Below, in pieces: positions 12,801 through 26,403 of a stretch of DNA of 64,000 nucleotides. The translations under genes were made by a program, and so were the position numbers. Each line of letters opens with the position of its first letter. The first letter of the stretch is position 1. The notes below the pieces were generated by a model. It worked only from the letters and a program-made list of their open reading frames with translations, was not told where the DNA came from and did no database searches. Origin of the DNA: Tubulanus polymorphus (lineage: Eukaryota > Animalia > Nemertea); assembly GCF_964204645.1 (NCBI RefSeq), contig NC_134026.1, positions 10,067,950-10,131,949 of the forward strand. The letters run 5' to 3'.

Positions 12801-14268
12801 CACCAGTCAACCAACTTGAATGCAAATACCCCTGAAATAGATAAATCCCTTTTTATCAAAGGGAAGGATGTACTTCAACACTGTATCCTGGGGGTTGGAA
12901 AAGCGGTTTTTCAAAAATTCAATATGGCTGCCAGTCAACCAACTTGATAAAAGTCTACAATTGTTTGCCAGATTACTACTGGTACTGTAAAAGGAATGCA
13001 ATGCTCACCCACTAATGACACTTGATTCAGCAAATAGTGTTTTAGGTATCAACCATGCAGTCATCAAATAGGAAATACCAGCTATTGAGAGTATAATGCC
13101 CTGAAAATAAATAAGATGTAATTATATCTATCTTAGCTCAACTGTTATAGACTAAAAGAGTGGAAGATAGATATGAAAAAAACATGCCAGTCATCAGATT
13201 TTTGCTCACCAGTTAAAGCACAATAGATGGCAAATTAGACCTTGATATTTGTCTTGATATTTGGTTTGTAGTTATATTTTATTGTCTTTGGTGCATTATC
13301 TTGATATTTTGCTATACTATAATGTACCTACCCTTGATGCATCTGCAGATTTAATTAGAATCTCAGTGGCCAACTGGTGGCCATTTATGTTCACCAAAAT
13401 CAGGATTTATTGCACATGTTTTAAGTTTTCCTTCTTGAGGATGTTATGATCAACTGTCTTGAGGTTCGCTATGTATATGTACCCCCTAGGTTGAATTAGC
13501 TAGCTAGTATTCGGTTCCAAGTGGGCATGGTCTCCCTGGACCCCTAGTTTTTAAATGAATGCATATTATAGTTCATTCTGAGGTTCCGGGCGAATATTTT
13601 ACTCTTTTACTACACATATACAACTCTAACCAGAAGAATTCCAGTTCATTGCACATGAACGAGTGTCTTTTAAGAGATTGAATTGACCAGGGTCGATCAT
13701 CCTCCCCTGCCAGGGAATCAAACCTGCTGGCATCGAGATTGACACAGTACGAAACCCTGCCACACTAGACCGAGTGCACAGCTACACGCACAGCTTAGAA
13801 GATGTCATTATTAGCCAATCTAATATCCCGTTTTATTTTAGCCCGGATTTTCCAATTAATATTTCTTCCCTGAAATATACCTCAGCGATTATACAAAGAG
13901 CAATCTGATTGGTGCCGCCAATTTTCATGCGGTAATCCTGCGCACCCGGCCTAGTGTGGCAGGGATTCGTGCCATGAATCAGTATAGCCATGCCATCAGG
14001 TTTGAATCCCTGCCGAGGGAGGATGAGGGTCGATGTGTTGCAAACATACCTTGAACATGAATTCATTTTCCTCTATGTTCTGCACTAAGACCTTGCTTAT
14101 CACCATGCACAAGTAAACTATCTGCCAACCTTCAATGATAAGCCATGCCGGTTCTGTGAGCCATAATACTGTATCATAAAGTGCCACAATTGTCCATGGA
14201 ATGAAGTTCACTGGAAGCGATACTAAACCAACAAAAATTCCCAGCTGTAGTAATGGAATCATAGATAC
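6819..14268 (-). CDS. Multi-exon multipass membrane protein, SERINC/Ice2-superfamily-like. Exons 14268-14050, 13100-13009, 10650-10586, 10442-10331, 9791-9754, 7531-7386, 7121-6819; the 5' end may lie further upstream.
   Basis: Seven exons with GT-AG boundaries and matching phases (0,2,1,2,1,0) join into a 975-nt stop-free frame: VSMIPLLQLGIFVGLVSLPVNFIPW...EPAWLIIEGWQ...GIILSIAGISY...FTIILIVATIVMH...GTISDAAGLSFYCFFLLY...LKKIVSPYFVLLSVVRL...SPLILRLVAIFVYTQL...GRLLQITIIFCLY. The 38-nt exon is the least certain. The family call is by motif resemblance. Confidence 0.8.
8711..9181. mobile_element. MITE
   Basis: Inverted ends GGGGCATCTCAAGATTTCAATAGTTG / CAATGAAATTTTGAGATGCTCCCT. Confidence 0.5.
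9332..9651. mobile_element. MITE (PIF/Harbinger-like)
   Basis: TIRs AGCCGCGATCACAC / GTGTGATCGTGGCT with internal TTTGGCCCG repeats. Confidence 0.6.
11503..12633. mobile_element. Non-autonomous DNA transposon
   Basis: ~40 bp TIRs (AAATTGACAAGTTACTCGGGCATTTGCTCGG and its reverse complement) with subterminal GGCCGAGT repeats. Confidence 0.7.
13690..14030. mobile_element. Inverted pair of tRNA-derived SINE-like heads
   Basis: The + copy (~13930-14030) has A-box-like GGCCTAGTGTGG and B-box-like GGTTTGAATCCC. A diverged reverse copy lies at ~13690-13790, with related fragments near 9820-9950 and 10930-10965. Confidence 0.5.
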
Positions 14269-16079
14269 CTGAAATCAAAATTTAAAGTTGATCTATACAT
14301 GTACATTGGTAGATAATTTTATACACATTTCACTTTTTCTATGCAAACGGTCTGGTGAAGCAGTTTTCATTGAAAATGAATTGAGTACCGGTGTGTCAAC
14401 AAGGCACAAACATTGGCTGTTGAACCAATAGTGTTGATTTTTGGTATAATGGTTTGGCTCAATGAGTTCTCAAGCTCACAAAAATTTCATAGTGATCGAG
14501 TTATTTTAAGGGGACTTATTCTTGAAAAACACGTAAAAACCCTGCTTTTTAGCACTAAGTCATGGCGCGTTTTTAAATATGACAATTTGCATACTTGGAA
14601 TTGAAATATATAAAAGTTCAATCCTTCCTGGAAGTGTTGCCGTTTTTTGTGCGACTCATCTTGATGTACTTTTCGACCTACAAGCCCTTACTTTATAAAC
14701 CCCCTAAATTTTCTCGCTTCTATTTATCTGAGTTGACCTTGTTACCTGAGCTACAATGAATGTGATTGGCTGTTTGTGGGATACATGGTTTCACGTCGAA
14801 ACCAGTCTTTCTTTCTTTTTCTTGTCAAAGTTTTCCTATTGTTTTAATCTCTGTTTTGTTTTTCCTGCTGATGGGTTAGGACCCACTTTTCTTCACTGTA
14901 TTTCTTTCGAGTTCTGATATATTGCCGCGTCGCGTTAGATTTGGCATCGTTTTGGTAAGCTTTGACCCCATATTAATAGTTTAGTTGCTAGTCTACTTAG
15001 TTCTCATATCGTTATCAGTATCATCAGTAGCATTTAGGTTTATATATATTCAGAATTCCTAGTTTTAATATCGTGTAAACATATATCCTATCGTGTAGAG
15101 GGCAGCATCTCCTACAGTGCTGCCCCGTAGTAACTTGCTTCCATTACTTTTATAACTACTTTGTATTTTTTACTGTTTTTAGTTAATCCTTTCTTGTCTG
15201 GTGCTGATGTTCTGTGGTCGTGTAATGAAATAAAGCCTCAGCCTGACAATCGATCTAATGAGATGCATTTTTTGAGACTTAATATTTTCGCTTGAGGAAT
15301 CTATTACCCCACATTCTATTAACAAAAAGCGAGTTCGTCATGACCGAAGCTATGAATGGTCGCGTAGCTGCGTGGGTTAAACTTTCCTCTTCGCAAGTCG
15401 ATCGGCCCGAGAATGGAGATAACGTTGAACAACGTTCAATTAAATCAGCGAAATCCTCCTCATCAACCAGATCTCAATGGATGAGAGAAAGGAGGGAACG
15501 AGTATCGCTGGACGCTGAATTGCAATCGCTGAAGCGTAAGCAAGAAATAGCTTTACAACGTCTACAACTGCAACAGGAAGAGGAAGAACTCGATTTAAAA
15601 ACAAGATTGACCGTAGCCGCCACTTACGCTGCACTGTTGAAGGAACAGGAATTCGCCGAAGAGAATCGATGTGTCATTTCCTCCAGCAGCCCGCCTGCCG
15701 TTTTCAAACAGGAACTTACTCCGCAGATTGTTCCCGGTCAATCAGGTCCCACGGCTGGTGCGTCGCCACGCGGATCACCGCTGTCCGCAAAGGATTTCGT
15801 TATCGTGCGTGAATAACGGAAACTTAAAACCAACATCAAAAGATTCTCCGGAGATACAATCGAGTACCATAAATTCCTTCGTCAGTTCGAAAGTCAGATT
15901 GTCCGATAAACAACTGACGTGTGCGAATGTTTGAACTATCTGGAACAATTTACCGACGGCGAAGCTCGCGATATTATCTGCGGTTACAGCTATATCGATC
16001 CAGAGCTTGGCTACAATGCAGCTCTGGCCGAATTCGAAGCCTATGGCGGGCGATAACCACCAAAATATATCATTACTTT

Positions 16080-16325
16080 GAAAGATAACAAAAAGATGAT
16101 GAAAAGATAGTGAAAAGATGTTGAAAAGATAGTAAAATGATGATAAAAAGATAGTGAAATGATGATAAAAAGATAGTGAAATGATGATGAAAAGATAGTG
16201 AAATGATGATAAAAAGACTAAAGATACACGGTGATAAAAAGATGAAACGATGGAAAGGTGAAACAATGAAAAGGTAAAAAGATGAACAAATGAAAGGACC
16301 CCGAGTGAAATGATGAAATGAAATA
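16080..16325. repeat. Degenerate ~21-bp tandem repeat (AAAAGATAGTGAAATGATGAT)
   Basis: Visible tandem units inside the insertion that splits the BEL gag. Confidence 0.8.
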
Positions 16326-16425
16326 GAATTGTTGATCACACGCTGTAACGTTTTTACAATTTTACAATGTAAAATGCAATGATATTTACACTGTATCGTA
16401 TCTAATCAAGCGATGCAATGCTGTA

Positions 16426-17156
16426 AGACTCGACCGTAAGATTGCAAAAACCGTAAAGTTTCCCAAGTTTCCGTTTTTCTAGCTAACGAATGCGCATTAG
16501 TCAATGCTGGCAAATGATCCAAGTCGAGAAATCGGCAAAGTGCGCATGCGACCCTACATATGAACATGTGAACTTTGATGACTACAAGTCACTGTAGTCT
16601 TTATAAACTTCAAATCCCATAAAAATATTGATCTTGTTCATCTTATGGCGGCGTTATAAGGTTCGAATCCCGAAAATTACTGATTGTATTTCAAGCGTTA
16701 CGATATGAACTTTTATGACGCTGGTTTATAGTTTGCTGAGTAAAAAAGTTATAGCATCCCGAATATGAAATAATAAACTTTAATAGCCCCAGGGTTTACT
16801 TGTATGTGCTAGGTTCGAATCCCGAATGTGTAATAGAAAAATACATTCATTCATTTTAATATACCGATATACATTATATCTTAGATTTTCAGCTTACAGT
16901 AAAGACCATTTGAACACTTGTCATCGCTAAAAATACAAATGATTCTCTTAAGTGACCAAACAAACTGTACTTTCACGTTGAAAAAGTTCAGACAGGTTCA
17001 TTTCAGCGTACTGCTATGACCCAGTTTAGAAAAAAATTCACATGTAGTGATGCATGCACACGCTCACAATTTCTGGACTTAGAGAGGATTTCCCTAACAC
17101 TTATTAATGCGCATGCGTTATAAACAGAGACTTGGGAAACTTTACGGTTGTGTCTC
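16426..17156. mobile_element. MITE nested in BEL gag
   Basis: Inverted ACCGTAAAGTTTCCCAAGT...TGCGCATTA (~16450-16500) versus TAATGCGCA...ACTTGGGAAACTTTACGGT (~17105-17150). Confidence 0.6.
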
Positions 17157-18289
17157 TAACACCAAATTAAATCACTATAGCTGGTACATAATAATCTTCT
17201 TACTGGAATGCCTCCATGCCATCCGGCATATCGATGGTTGTCAAGTGTTACAATACTCAGCTAATATGAAAGCGCTGGTGGACAAGCTTCCGTTCTACCT
17301 ACATGATCGCTTGCATGGTGTCGTCAAAGGGTAGGGGCCGTGAAATTTGATTTCGTTCGTAAGGATGGTCAAAGGCGAACGATCCGGTCTATGGTCGCAC
17401 GGCCTTTCCTAAGAAAGACAACCGGAAGCCGAAAGCGTCATTTGCGATCATCCACGACGAACCCGTGAAATCCAGAGATTCTGAAAGTACCGGCAGTGGC
17501 ATGAATACCTTTCGGAATGGCCTTAACAAGCCCTGCTTGCACTGCGACTCGACGAATCACGCCATGGTCAATTGTGACTCTTTCGGTCATCTGGATTCGG
17601 TCGAACAAACCAAAAAGCTTAGAGCGGAGAATCTATGCTTCGGCTGCTTACGCACCGGTCGCCGTAAGCTGCACTGTAAGAATTTAGCCACCCGCAGTAA
17701 ATGTCACCGGAGACATCCAACAGTACTACACTTTGACAGTCAGTCCGATAGCCCTTCACGCAAGGAAAGTGCTAAGGAGCAGTCGACTGACACGATAAGA
17801 TGGCGTGTAGAACCATGGGGGCTGGTGACCAGTGCACTCTGGCGATCATCCCAGTTAAAGTTGGGTTGAAAGACGGCACGAAATTCGTCAATACGTACAC
17901 TTTCTTGGACCCTGGTAGCACCGTCAACCTGTGTAGCGAATCATTGTTGCAGCAGTTAGGGTATCCAGGCCAACCAAAATCGTTAACACTAAAAACTGTG
18001 AGTACCTCGCATAAGATCCCTACATACCTGATGCGCTATGTGGTGATTAAAAACTTTAGCTCTGACGAGAGTGTAGTTCTGTCGTCTGTGTATAGCAAGG
18101 ATTAATTGAATATTTCGAAGGAACACATCCTGCCACGCAACGACGTTTCTCGGTGGCCTCATCTATCCGACATCGAGTTGGAAGAGGATCAAGGTTTTCG
18201 AAATCGGACTCCTTATCGGCAACAATGCGCCCGACGTCTATTCACCTTAAGATGTATGTACCGGCCCACCGGGATCGCCTCACGACCTC

Positions 18290-20887
18290 CATGCCTCAGA
18301 GGTAAGATATTATATTTCATCAAATTTTGCATGTGCCAACTGGTCAAATCCACTAATGCGCCTGATATAATGAGATAAAATAAAGTAGAGAACACATTGA
18401 CACTGTTGTTTTAGTTTGAAATCATCAATACAGAGAAAAAAATTACTTTGTATCGCAGTGACCATCATGCATATAGTTGCTTAGTGGTTTGGTCACCACA
18501 GTAGCCATCACGCACAAATGGCATGTAATTTTTATGAATTGTTATGACACTTGTGTAAGACCTTACTCCTTCATTTCAGCACTCGTAAACGAACACGTAC
18601 AGTAGACGAAATAGTCGATGAGATCGCCATCGATGAAGATGACGATTATCATCGGGTAGTGATGACGATCGATTTTCAGATGGTGAAGATGACGATAGAG
18701 ATGTTATTGGCGCCGAAGCAGAAGAGGAAGATTCTGAAAGTGATAGTGAGCCTCCTGAAAGTGAAGGGGAAGAAACAGACACAGCCACAGACACAGACAA
18801 CGAAGAGCCAAGGCCAAGTCAAAGCAGGCCTACTACTGCCAAAAAACAGCCAGCCATGAAAAAATCAAAAACGTAAGTTGCGATACTCATTTCCTCTATC
18901 ACGTGATACAACAAATCGATCGAAAATATATACAGTCAATTTATGATTGCTTCTTGTTTGTATTTCAGCAATGCACGCAAGTGGAAATTGGAAAAGAAGG
19001 ACTTACAAAAATTTGTCAATGACGGAGTTGGGTCTAAACTTGCCGCAAAAGGCACAGCGTCACAGGCACAAACTGAAATGGAATACCTCATGGAATTATT
19101 TAGTGATGATATTATAGACAATTTGACCTTCGAATCAAATAGACTAAAACTGCAAACAAACCAGGTTAGACTAAAACGTGTCACTAATGAGGAAATGAGA
19201 AAGTTTCTGGGTATCGTTTTATACATGTCTGTCATCCGTGTACCATACCGGCCTGAGTATTGGTCAAGACAAACACGCATTCCTACCATGGCAAATGCTA
19301 TGTCTGTCAATAGATTTGATGAGATAATGTCATCACTTCATTGCAATGACAATAACCTACTTGTTGCTAGAGGTGAACAGGGCTACGATCGCCTATACAA
19401 GGTACGCCCTCTAATAAAAAAGTTAGGTGAAAATTCTGAAGCATGTGCGGAAAAAGAGTTGCACTCAGCGATCGATGAACAGGTTGTTCCCTTCAAAGGA
19501 AGGAGTACCCTTAAAACGTACAACAAAAAAAACCCCAAGAAATGGGGGTATAAGATCTGGGCATTAGCAGGCGAAAGTGGTTATGTTCACCGGTTTTATT
19601 TTTATGGTGACAATCAAATCCCAGACAACATTGATTTCCCAGACATAGGCAAAAGTGGACAAGTTGTTCTGAATTTATGTGCCGATTTACCATTAGAGAT
19701 ACATTCCTCTATTTTGATAATTATTTTGCCTCACCAGCTCTGCTTCTAGAGTTGAAGAATAAGGGATTATATGGTACTTGTACAATCAGGTCTGACCGTA
19801 TTGCCAACTGCACTCTCACAACAGAAAAAAATCTGGTCGTGGCAGTCTTGATTTCAAATCCTCAGATGGTATAATAATTTGTCGTTGGTATGACAATAGA
19901 TCTGTCAACCTAGGTTCAAACAAGCATTCTGTTGCTCTTCTGAATGTTATAAAGCGCTGGGACAAGAAAACAAAAGACTTGGTCAATGTCCAGAGACCAA
20001 ATATTGTCAGTGCATACGACAAAAAGATAGAGGAGGAGTAGACAGATGTGACATGGTGTTGGCCCTGTATCGTAATACTCTGAAAACAAGAAAGTGGTAT
20101 AAACGTATCATATTTCATTTGCTCGACCTAGCTGTATCCAACGCCTGGGCCCTCTTTCGAGCAGATGGTACAAATAAGATGCCATTTCACAAGTTCAAGA
20201 TAGCTGTTGCAGAGGGTCTTATTGAAAACCAGATGATGGAGACAAATGATGAGAATGGTAATGCCCCTGCGTTACGGGCAGCCGATGTCCCCGATTCGGT
20301 CAGATACAACAACAAAGGTCATTTGCCAATGCAACAGGAGACCAAAAAGGTGTCGTCAAAATGGATGTAAAAGAAGGTCAACATATTTGTGTAAGAAATG
20401 CAATGTGTACCTGTGTATTGATAAGCATAGTAGCTGCTTCTATCATTACCATACTAAGTAATAAATGGAGTATTTGTAAACAAAGGTCGACTTATGTGTA
20501 TAATGAGATGTATTATTGTGACAGAAACAGCCGATATGCTTATCAATGCAGTACTTGGCCTGTTTAAACAAGATCGACTTATGTGTATAATGAGATGTAT
20601 TATTGTGACAGAAACAGCTGATATGCTTGTAAATTCATCACCATATTAAGTAAAGTTCAATAAAAGCAGTTTGAGTGAGTTTTGCAATTATCTTTGTTGA
20701 CATTTTTTATGGATTTTCATTACCTTCTTGCATGATGGCTACTAGAGTAGCATGGCCCGACCCACAATATGGGGGGGGGGGGCAAATTTTGAATTGTGTT
20801 TGGGAGTCTTTATTTGGTGTCATATAGGTAAAGTAAAAGCAGTGGTAAGGAAATCTGAAGGGTTGGAGGGGGCCATGCAACATAGGG
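18290..20887 (+). mobile_element. piggyBac transposon with an intron-containing, frameshifted transposase; left end apparently lost
   Basis: DDE_Tnp_1_7 motifs IDEQVVPFKGR, KKWGYKIW, YFDNYF, GVD..D, KWYKRI and a C-terminal Cys-rich domain. Acidic first coding exon 18580-18872 followed by a GTAAGT intron. Right end AGGG plus TTAA at 20888-20891. Confidence 0.9.
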
Positions 20888-22972
20888 TTAAGTCAGATCT
20901 GTTGTTAGGGGGGTCGATATATGATCGACCTCCCGTTCAGGTCTGAGGGTAGCCGTCTACCAAATAACATTGACCAAGCTCTTAACCGTCTATATTCGCT
21001 GAAGAAACGGTTCATTCGAGATGAGACATACCGTCTAGACGATAAATCGTTTATGGATAACATGATCTCTGCTGGTCATGCCGAATTAGTTGCAGACAAC
21101 ACTTCTTCGCCAGGGCACACCTGGTATCTACCGCACCAAAGTCAACTCGAATAAGATCCGTGTCGTTTTCGATGGCTCTGCCCAGTATTGTGGCTCCTCA
21201 TTGAACGAGGCACTGTTGCTGTACCATCCCTAACCAGTTCGCTGATATCGGTACTGTAACGTTTCCATCAGGAAAAGATCGCATTTATGGCAGACATCGA
21301 GAAAATATTCCTACAGGTCGTCGTTCCGCCGAAAGATCGTGACGCGCTGCGCTTCCTGTGATGGCCGGAGGGTGATATCAGTCGCGACCCTTCCACCTAC
21401 CGAATGATTTGACACTTCTTCGGAGCCATATCATCACCTAGTTGCGCGAATTCAGCATTCCGCAGACGGCTAAAGATAACGAAGCGGATTTCGATCCGTC
21501 AGTAACCGAATTGATTCAGAGAATCTTTTACATGGACGATTTCTTGAAATCCGTTGATGGCATCGAGGAAGCTATATCAATTGTTCAGGAAACGACTTCT
21601 CTCTGTAGTAGGGGCGGTTTCAATTTTTGTGGCAGGGTTAGCAACACTCCCCAGTTGAGGGCTCTCTTAAGCCCCGAGCTGCAAGTAGATTCTGCCCAGG
21701 AGATGGACCTCGATTTCGATAAGACTTGAGAACGAGTTCTGGGTATCTCGTGGTCGCTGAGTTCGGACACATTCGTGTTCAACAGATCAATCCCCGAACG
21801 ACCAGCAACTCGTTACGGCATCCTCTCGGTTGTAAGCTCGATCTATGATCCGTTGCTGGCACCCTTCGTCTTGCCGGCGAAGATGTTGCTACAGAACTTA
21901 TGTTTGCGCAAGGCTGGTTGGGATGAAGAGCTGACTGCAGATGAACTTTCCGAGTGGAAAAAATGGTACAGGTCATCTCCGATCTAAATCAGGTCCGCGT
22001 ACCACGTTGCTACAAGCCAACTGGCTTCGGGAAGGTCATGAATTGCGAAATACACAATACAAAATTCCGACGCTTCGGGGGTCGGTTACGGGTCAGCTAC
22101 GTACGTATACAGATACCGCAGGTGACGTTTTGTGTGCGCTTATGTTCGGCAAGTCATGGGTCACCCCCTTGGAATCGATCTCTATTCCGCGCCTAGGATT
22201 GACGGCTAGCGCCATGGCTGTCCGTCTCTGCAATAGGCTGCTCAAGGAGACCGAACTGAGGGTAGATAAGATTCATTTTTGGACGGACAGTACAATCGTG
22301 TTATGTCACATCAGAAATGAATCATGGTTAGCTCTGCACCACAACCGCGTTCGTATAATGTCTGAATCAGGACAATATTATCGTAGAAATAGGCGTCATT
22401 TGAACAGAACACAGGAGGAACACTTCCTGACAACCATCAAGGACTTGTCTGTTCCAGAGTCAATGACTACGGCTTCGGATGATGTACAACCTGAACTAAC
22501 TACGCGCGCAACACACACGCGCGGCAACAGTAAGTAGGCCTATATACATTACTACTGTTGCTGCGCGCGCGTGTCTGCAACCGATCGATAAAATAAATAC
22601 ACACTCATCGTAGTACAAATGTAGTAGTGCTGCCATCTAGATTGTAGGATAATGGCTGCCACGTAGACTGTAGTAAGAAGAGAAATAAAAAACTAGAAAT
22701 CAAGTTTAATGATGTGTTACTTGTTCGTTATGTTACAGTAAACACGTAAGCAGTAGTGATATTTTTATCTGCTCTACAAGTCGATTGTTGAATTAGGACA
22801 TTGCTCGACTGAACGCAACTGAGGAATTTTTGTAGCTTGTTTGTGTCGTATACACAAGTAAGAGAGCATCATATATAGCTTCGAATTCGGCAACACAAGT
22901 TAGAGAGCATCATACATAGGCTTTAATACTTCGGATTCGGCTAGTAACAAGAATATTGCATATCAATACTCC

Positions 22973-24866
22973 TTAACCATTGGAGATGAATTGTGGTTGC
23001 AACGAGCGATTAGTAGACCTTAACAGGACGCTTGTATTGATGTATGGTATAACTATGTACCTCATATGGTTCTCCAATAGCGCCACCTCTAAGACGCTGG
23101 AAAACTCATTTTCATTTATATCGACTAAGGGTATCAATGCATTTCTATAAAAATTGATACACATGTACCTGGTTACTAAATGCAAAGAACCCCTCACATG
23201 ATTAGTTCTTATTTTAACCACTAGGGGGCGTAAATTTTGAAAAATCGATTTCAGCATCCATTTTTCGCATGTAATGCGGTCTGTTTATTATTAAAATCAC
23301 AAAACTTGGCATAAGTACAAAGACATGTGTGTAATGTGCCAACCTGCATGATTAGTTCATACAACTTCCACCAGGGGAGTGTGAAAACAACGATTTTTGC
23401 TCCTAGGTCCTTAACCGTTGGTGATAGAATCAAGGTTGCAATGTGTGGTCAGTAGCCCTTTACAAGACACTTGTATTGATGTATGGTTTAAAGGCCGACT
23501 TAAATGGAGGTCCAAAAACCCACTGGTTGGTACTTGAGATTTGCAGTGCAGGCCACATCCCACTAGCAACTAGCTAGCGGTAGTTTGTTTAAAGTGTTTA
23601 CTGGAACACATCTGGCTCACACCAGTATCACACAGTATCACAGTGACACATAAAAAAACTTTTTTCGTATATGTTTGATATCATTTTGGTCATAGTAATC
23701 TTATTAATTAGAATTCGCTGATTTTGTAGATGTTTTTTGATAAGTATTCCTCCAGTAATAATGGAGTTGAACATAAAATCTGTATTTTCAATTTATTCAA
23801 TTTTTGTCCGATTTTGATGAAATTTTCACACATTGTTACTGATAAGGAGTTAAGATGATATATAAATTTTCAGTTTGATACAACTTTCAGGTCAAAAGTT
23901 TTCTAACCCCCAAAATTATGCACTAGAGCTGCAACTGTTTTGTTTATATAGGTTTATGACTACAGGTCACTGTGCTCTCTGTGGTGAGGTGAGTAACTCC
24001 TCCCAGCTTGTCATTCAAAGATTTGAAAATTTGAAGAATGCACTGAGTAAATTGCTAATTTATGCATGAAGGAGGGCTTAAACTAAATTTTAAGCCATAG
24101 ATATGACTATATTACATGTTTACACATATCCCTGACAAAAAGGAGGGTCCAAATCGGTTAACTGACGGAGATATTAGGGAAATACCAGTTTCAACGCTGG
24201 AGCTCTTGACTGCTCCATGGGTTCAGAGATACTGCCATGTCTGACAGATGATGGGCCTTTTATACTTGAAGTCGGCCTTTAAGTAGGTAACTCATAAGGT
24301 GCTCCAGTAGCACCACCTACAAGTTGTTGGAAATGCATTTTCATTGATATCTATTAATCGGATAGAGGGATTTCTATGAAAATTGATACACATGTACTTT
24401 GATATGAGATACAACGAAATTCTCACATAATTAGTTCCTATTCTAATCACTAGGGGGCGTTAATCTTGAAAAGTCATTCTAGCATCCGTTTTTCGCGTGC
24501 AATTCTGCCATTTTATTATAGATATCACAAAACCTGGTGTGAGTACATGTACATAGGTATACCTGGCTAACCAGCTGAATTAGTTGATACAACTGCTATG
24601 AGGGAATGGTAGAACACTGTATCACCTATTTTCTCGAAGTTATTTTCCCTAAACTTGGTACATTATTACTTTGCACTTAAGAGCCATGGGTCAATACATA
24701 TCCATGATATGGGCTGACCAATGATACAGGCTGACCCCTAGGTGGCGCTTCTTCACAGATTGTGGTACGTAATGAACTGATTTCAGTGAAATCTTTTGCA
24801 ACCTTCCTAGTACGGTATTTAACCCGGCAAGGCAGAAACCCGTTATCACTGCTATGCAGCTATATT
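22973..24866. repeat. Tandem ~450-bp repeat units ending in a Helentron-associated (HINE/DINE-like) terminus
   Basis: Unit 22973-23420 recurs at ~23420-23490 plus 24283-24620 (AAAATTGATACACATGTAC, CACTAGGGGGCG). The end has GCAGAAACCC and a CTGCTATGCAG hairpin. A new start-like motif (TTAGAGTTTCTG...CAGAAACCCTATTG, then an ATT microsatellite) begins at ~24878. Confidence 0.5.
23492..24278. mobile_element. Non-autonomous Kolobok-type element
   Basis: TTAA TSD (23488-23491 and 24279-24282) and TIR AGGCCGACTT / AAGTCGGCCT. Confidence 0.75.
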
Positions 24867-26068
24867 TATTATTATTATCATTAGAGTTTCTGCTGCTTTC
24901 TCAGAAACCCTATTGTAATTCTGCTGATTATTATTATTATCATTATTATTATTATTATTATTATTATATTCTCTTTCACACTACATTTTACTGGATCATA
25001 ATAAATGACCTTATTTTACTCTCATTCTCCGTGAAAGCAAAACGTACCCTTAGAACTCAAATGCTTTGACAAATACTGCACGTGTAATTCATCAGACCCT
25101 TACCGTTTAGTAACTGTAATCGTCTAAACAGTGCAAATTAACGCCGTAGTGACAGCCATTGGTCTGACAGCCACGTAATTCGTGAATGTGGAGTTTGTTG
25201 CCTATACAGCTATAATCCCGGAACTAAATAAATACAAATCAAATTCAAATGGTGTAATTTATTGTTTCTTCTTTCAATTGACCGATTTACATGAAACATA
25301 TGTCATATTTCCAAGTGGAGCCCAATCTTTAAATATGATTAATGATACGTTATAGTGTTTGCAATGCTATAGTCAATTTCGGGGTGTTATGCTGGTCGTC
25401 GGAATGTTGCGCGGATCGGACTATCGTCCGAGTGCCGTCTGTTTCGTATGCCATTGCCGATTCCCTACAACAGCAATTCAATTCAACTTAAGGCCGATCA
25501 CCATTTTGTGTTCGTTGAAAGTGATCCTTCTTGCGCTAACTTTCTGTTTGTTTGTGAGAAGCGTCGCTGTGAACAATCGTATCGTTTCACTTAGCTCCCA
25601 GTAAACTGGTAAACTACACGCGCACAAGCGCCGCAGCTAGGCCCACTGAGTGGGTGAATTGTATCGACGAAATTTAGGGAGAGAAGGAATGCGGTCTTAT
25701 TCCTCTCGACTCGTCTTACTCCCCAGTTCTAACTTAGCGTACGTGTTAATAAACCTGGCGTCGGATTTTCTCCGCATTAGGGATATAGGCCTTTGAATTT
25801 GATAGGTAGGTTAATCAGAAAAAAGTACTTTATTCTGGGTATGCTAATTAGCGGAGCGTCAACAAGTTTCAACGTTTTGCGTCAAGATTTAAGCGTCAAC
25901 AAGCGACAATCAATAATAACTTAATAGCATTTTAAATAAATAAATTTTCTGCCAGGAATGACGATAGGCCTAAGTCAATCGACAATGTAGGCTTATCTTG
26001 CAGTACCTTAGAGTCATTTTCCACGAATTACTTATTTTGGTCAGTTTAGATTTTAATTCATGTTTCTG

Positions 26069-26403
26069 TAGGGGCACACAAGCGTAATCTTTGGCCCGAT
26101 CGCCGCAAATTTATAAATCGCTTCACCCGATTATTTAAGGCGGTGATCGGATTGTGCGCAAATTTGCTCGTCTGCCCGCACTCGGCGAATTCCGCCGAGT
26201 GATCCATTAAATGGCATTTTTATCAATGTGGGATGCATTGTTGATATCATGTGATTTGTTAACTCTCTCACACTAAGTTGCAGTCACTGACAGAATTTTG
26301 GTTTGATCGCTACGTGTACCCGCTCGTATCGGACGTACAAATTCGCTGGCAAATATAATCCTCGCGATCGGGCGAAAAAATACGCTCGTTTGTGTGTCCC
26401 TAA
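26069..26403. mobile_element. MITE
   Basis: Inverted ends TAGGGGCACACAAGCGTA..GCCCGATCGC / GCGATCGGGC..TACGCT..TTGTGTGTCCCTA. Confidence 0.5.

Larger units (their letters stand above)
14740..22330 (+). mobile_element. Decayed BEL/Pao LTR retrotransposon, interrupted by nested insertions
   Basis: Gag-like 15340-16045 and 17195-17740 (CLHCDSTNH..C, CFGCL..C, C..RHPTVLH knuckles), protease FLDPGS (~17900), RT (WYLPH, IAFMADIE, FYMDDFL) 20905-21720 and Pao RNase H/peptidase A17 (FWTDS) to ~22320. Many stops and frameshifts. The putative 5' LTR at ~14740-15324 is approximate. Confidence 0.85.

Noticed and set aside
13935-14030. Possible hammerhead ribozyme or tRNA gene (CTGATG...GAA core on the minus strand; B-box on the plus strand)
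   Set aside because: The core deviates from CUGANGA/GAAA, stem I is missing and there is no cloverleaf. A SINE head explains it better.
15775-16339. Hydrophobic His/Phe-rich minus-strand ORFs
   Set aside because: Products of the degenerate 21-bp tandem repeat.
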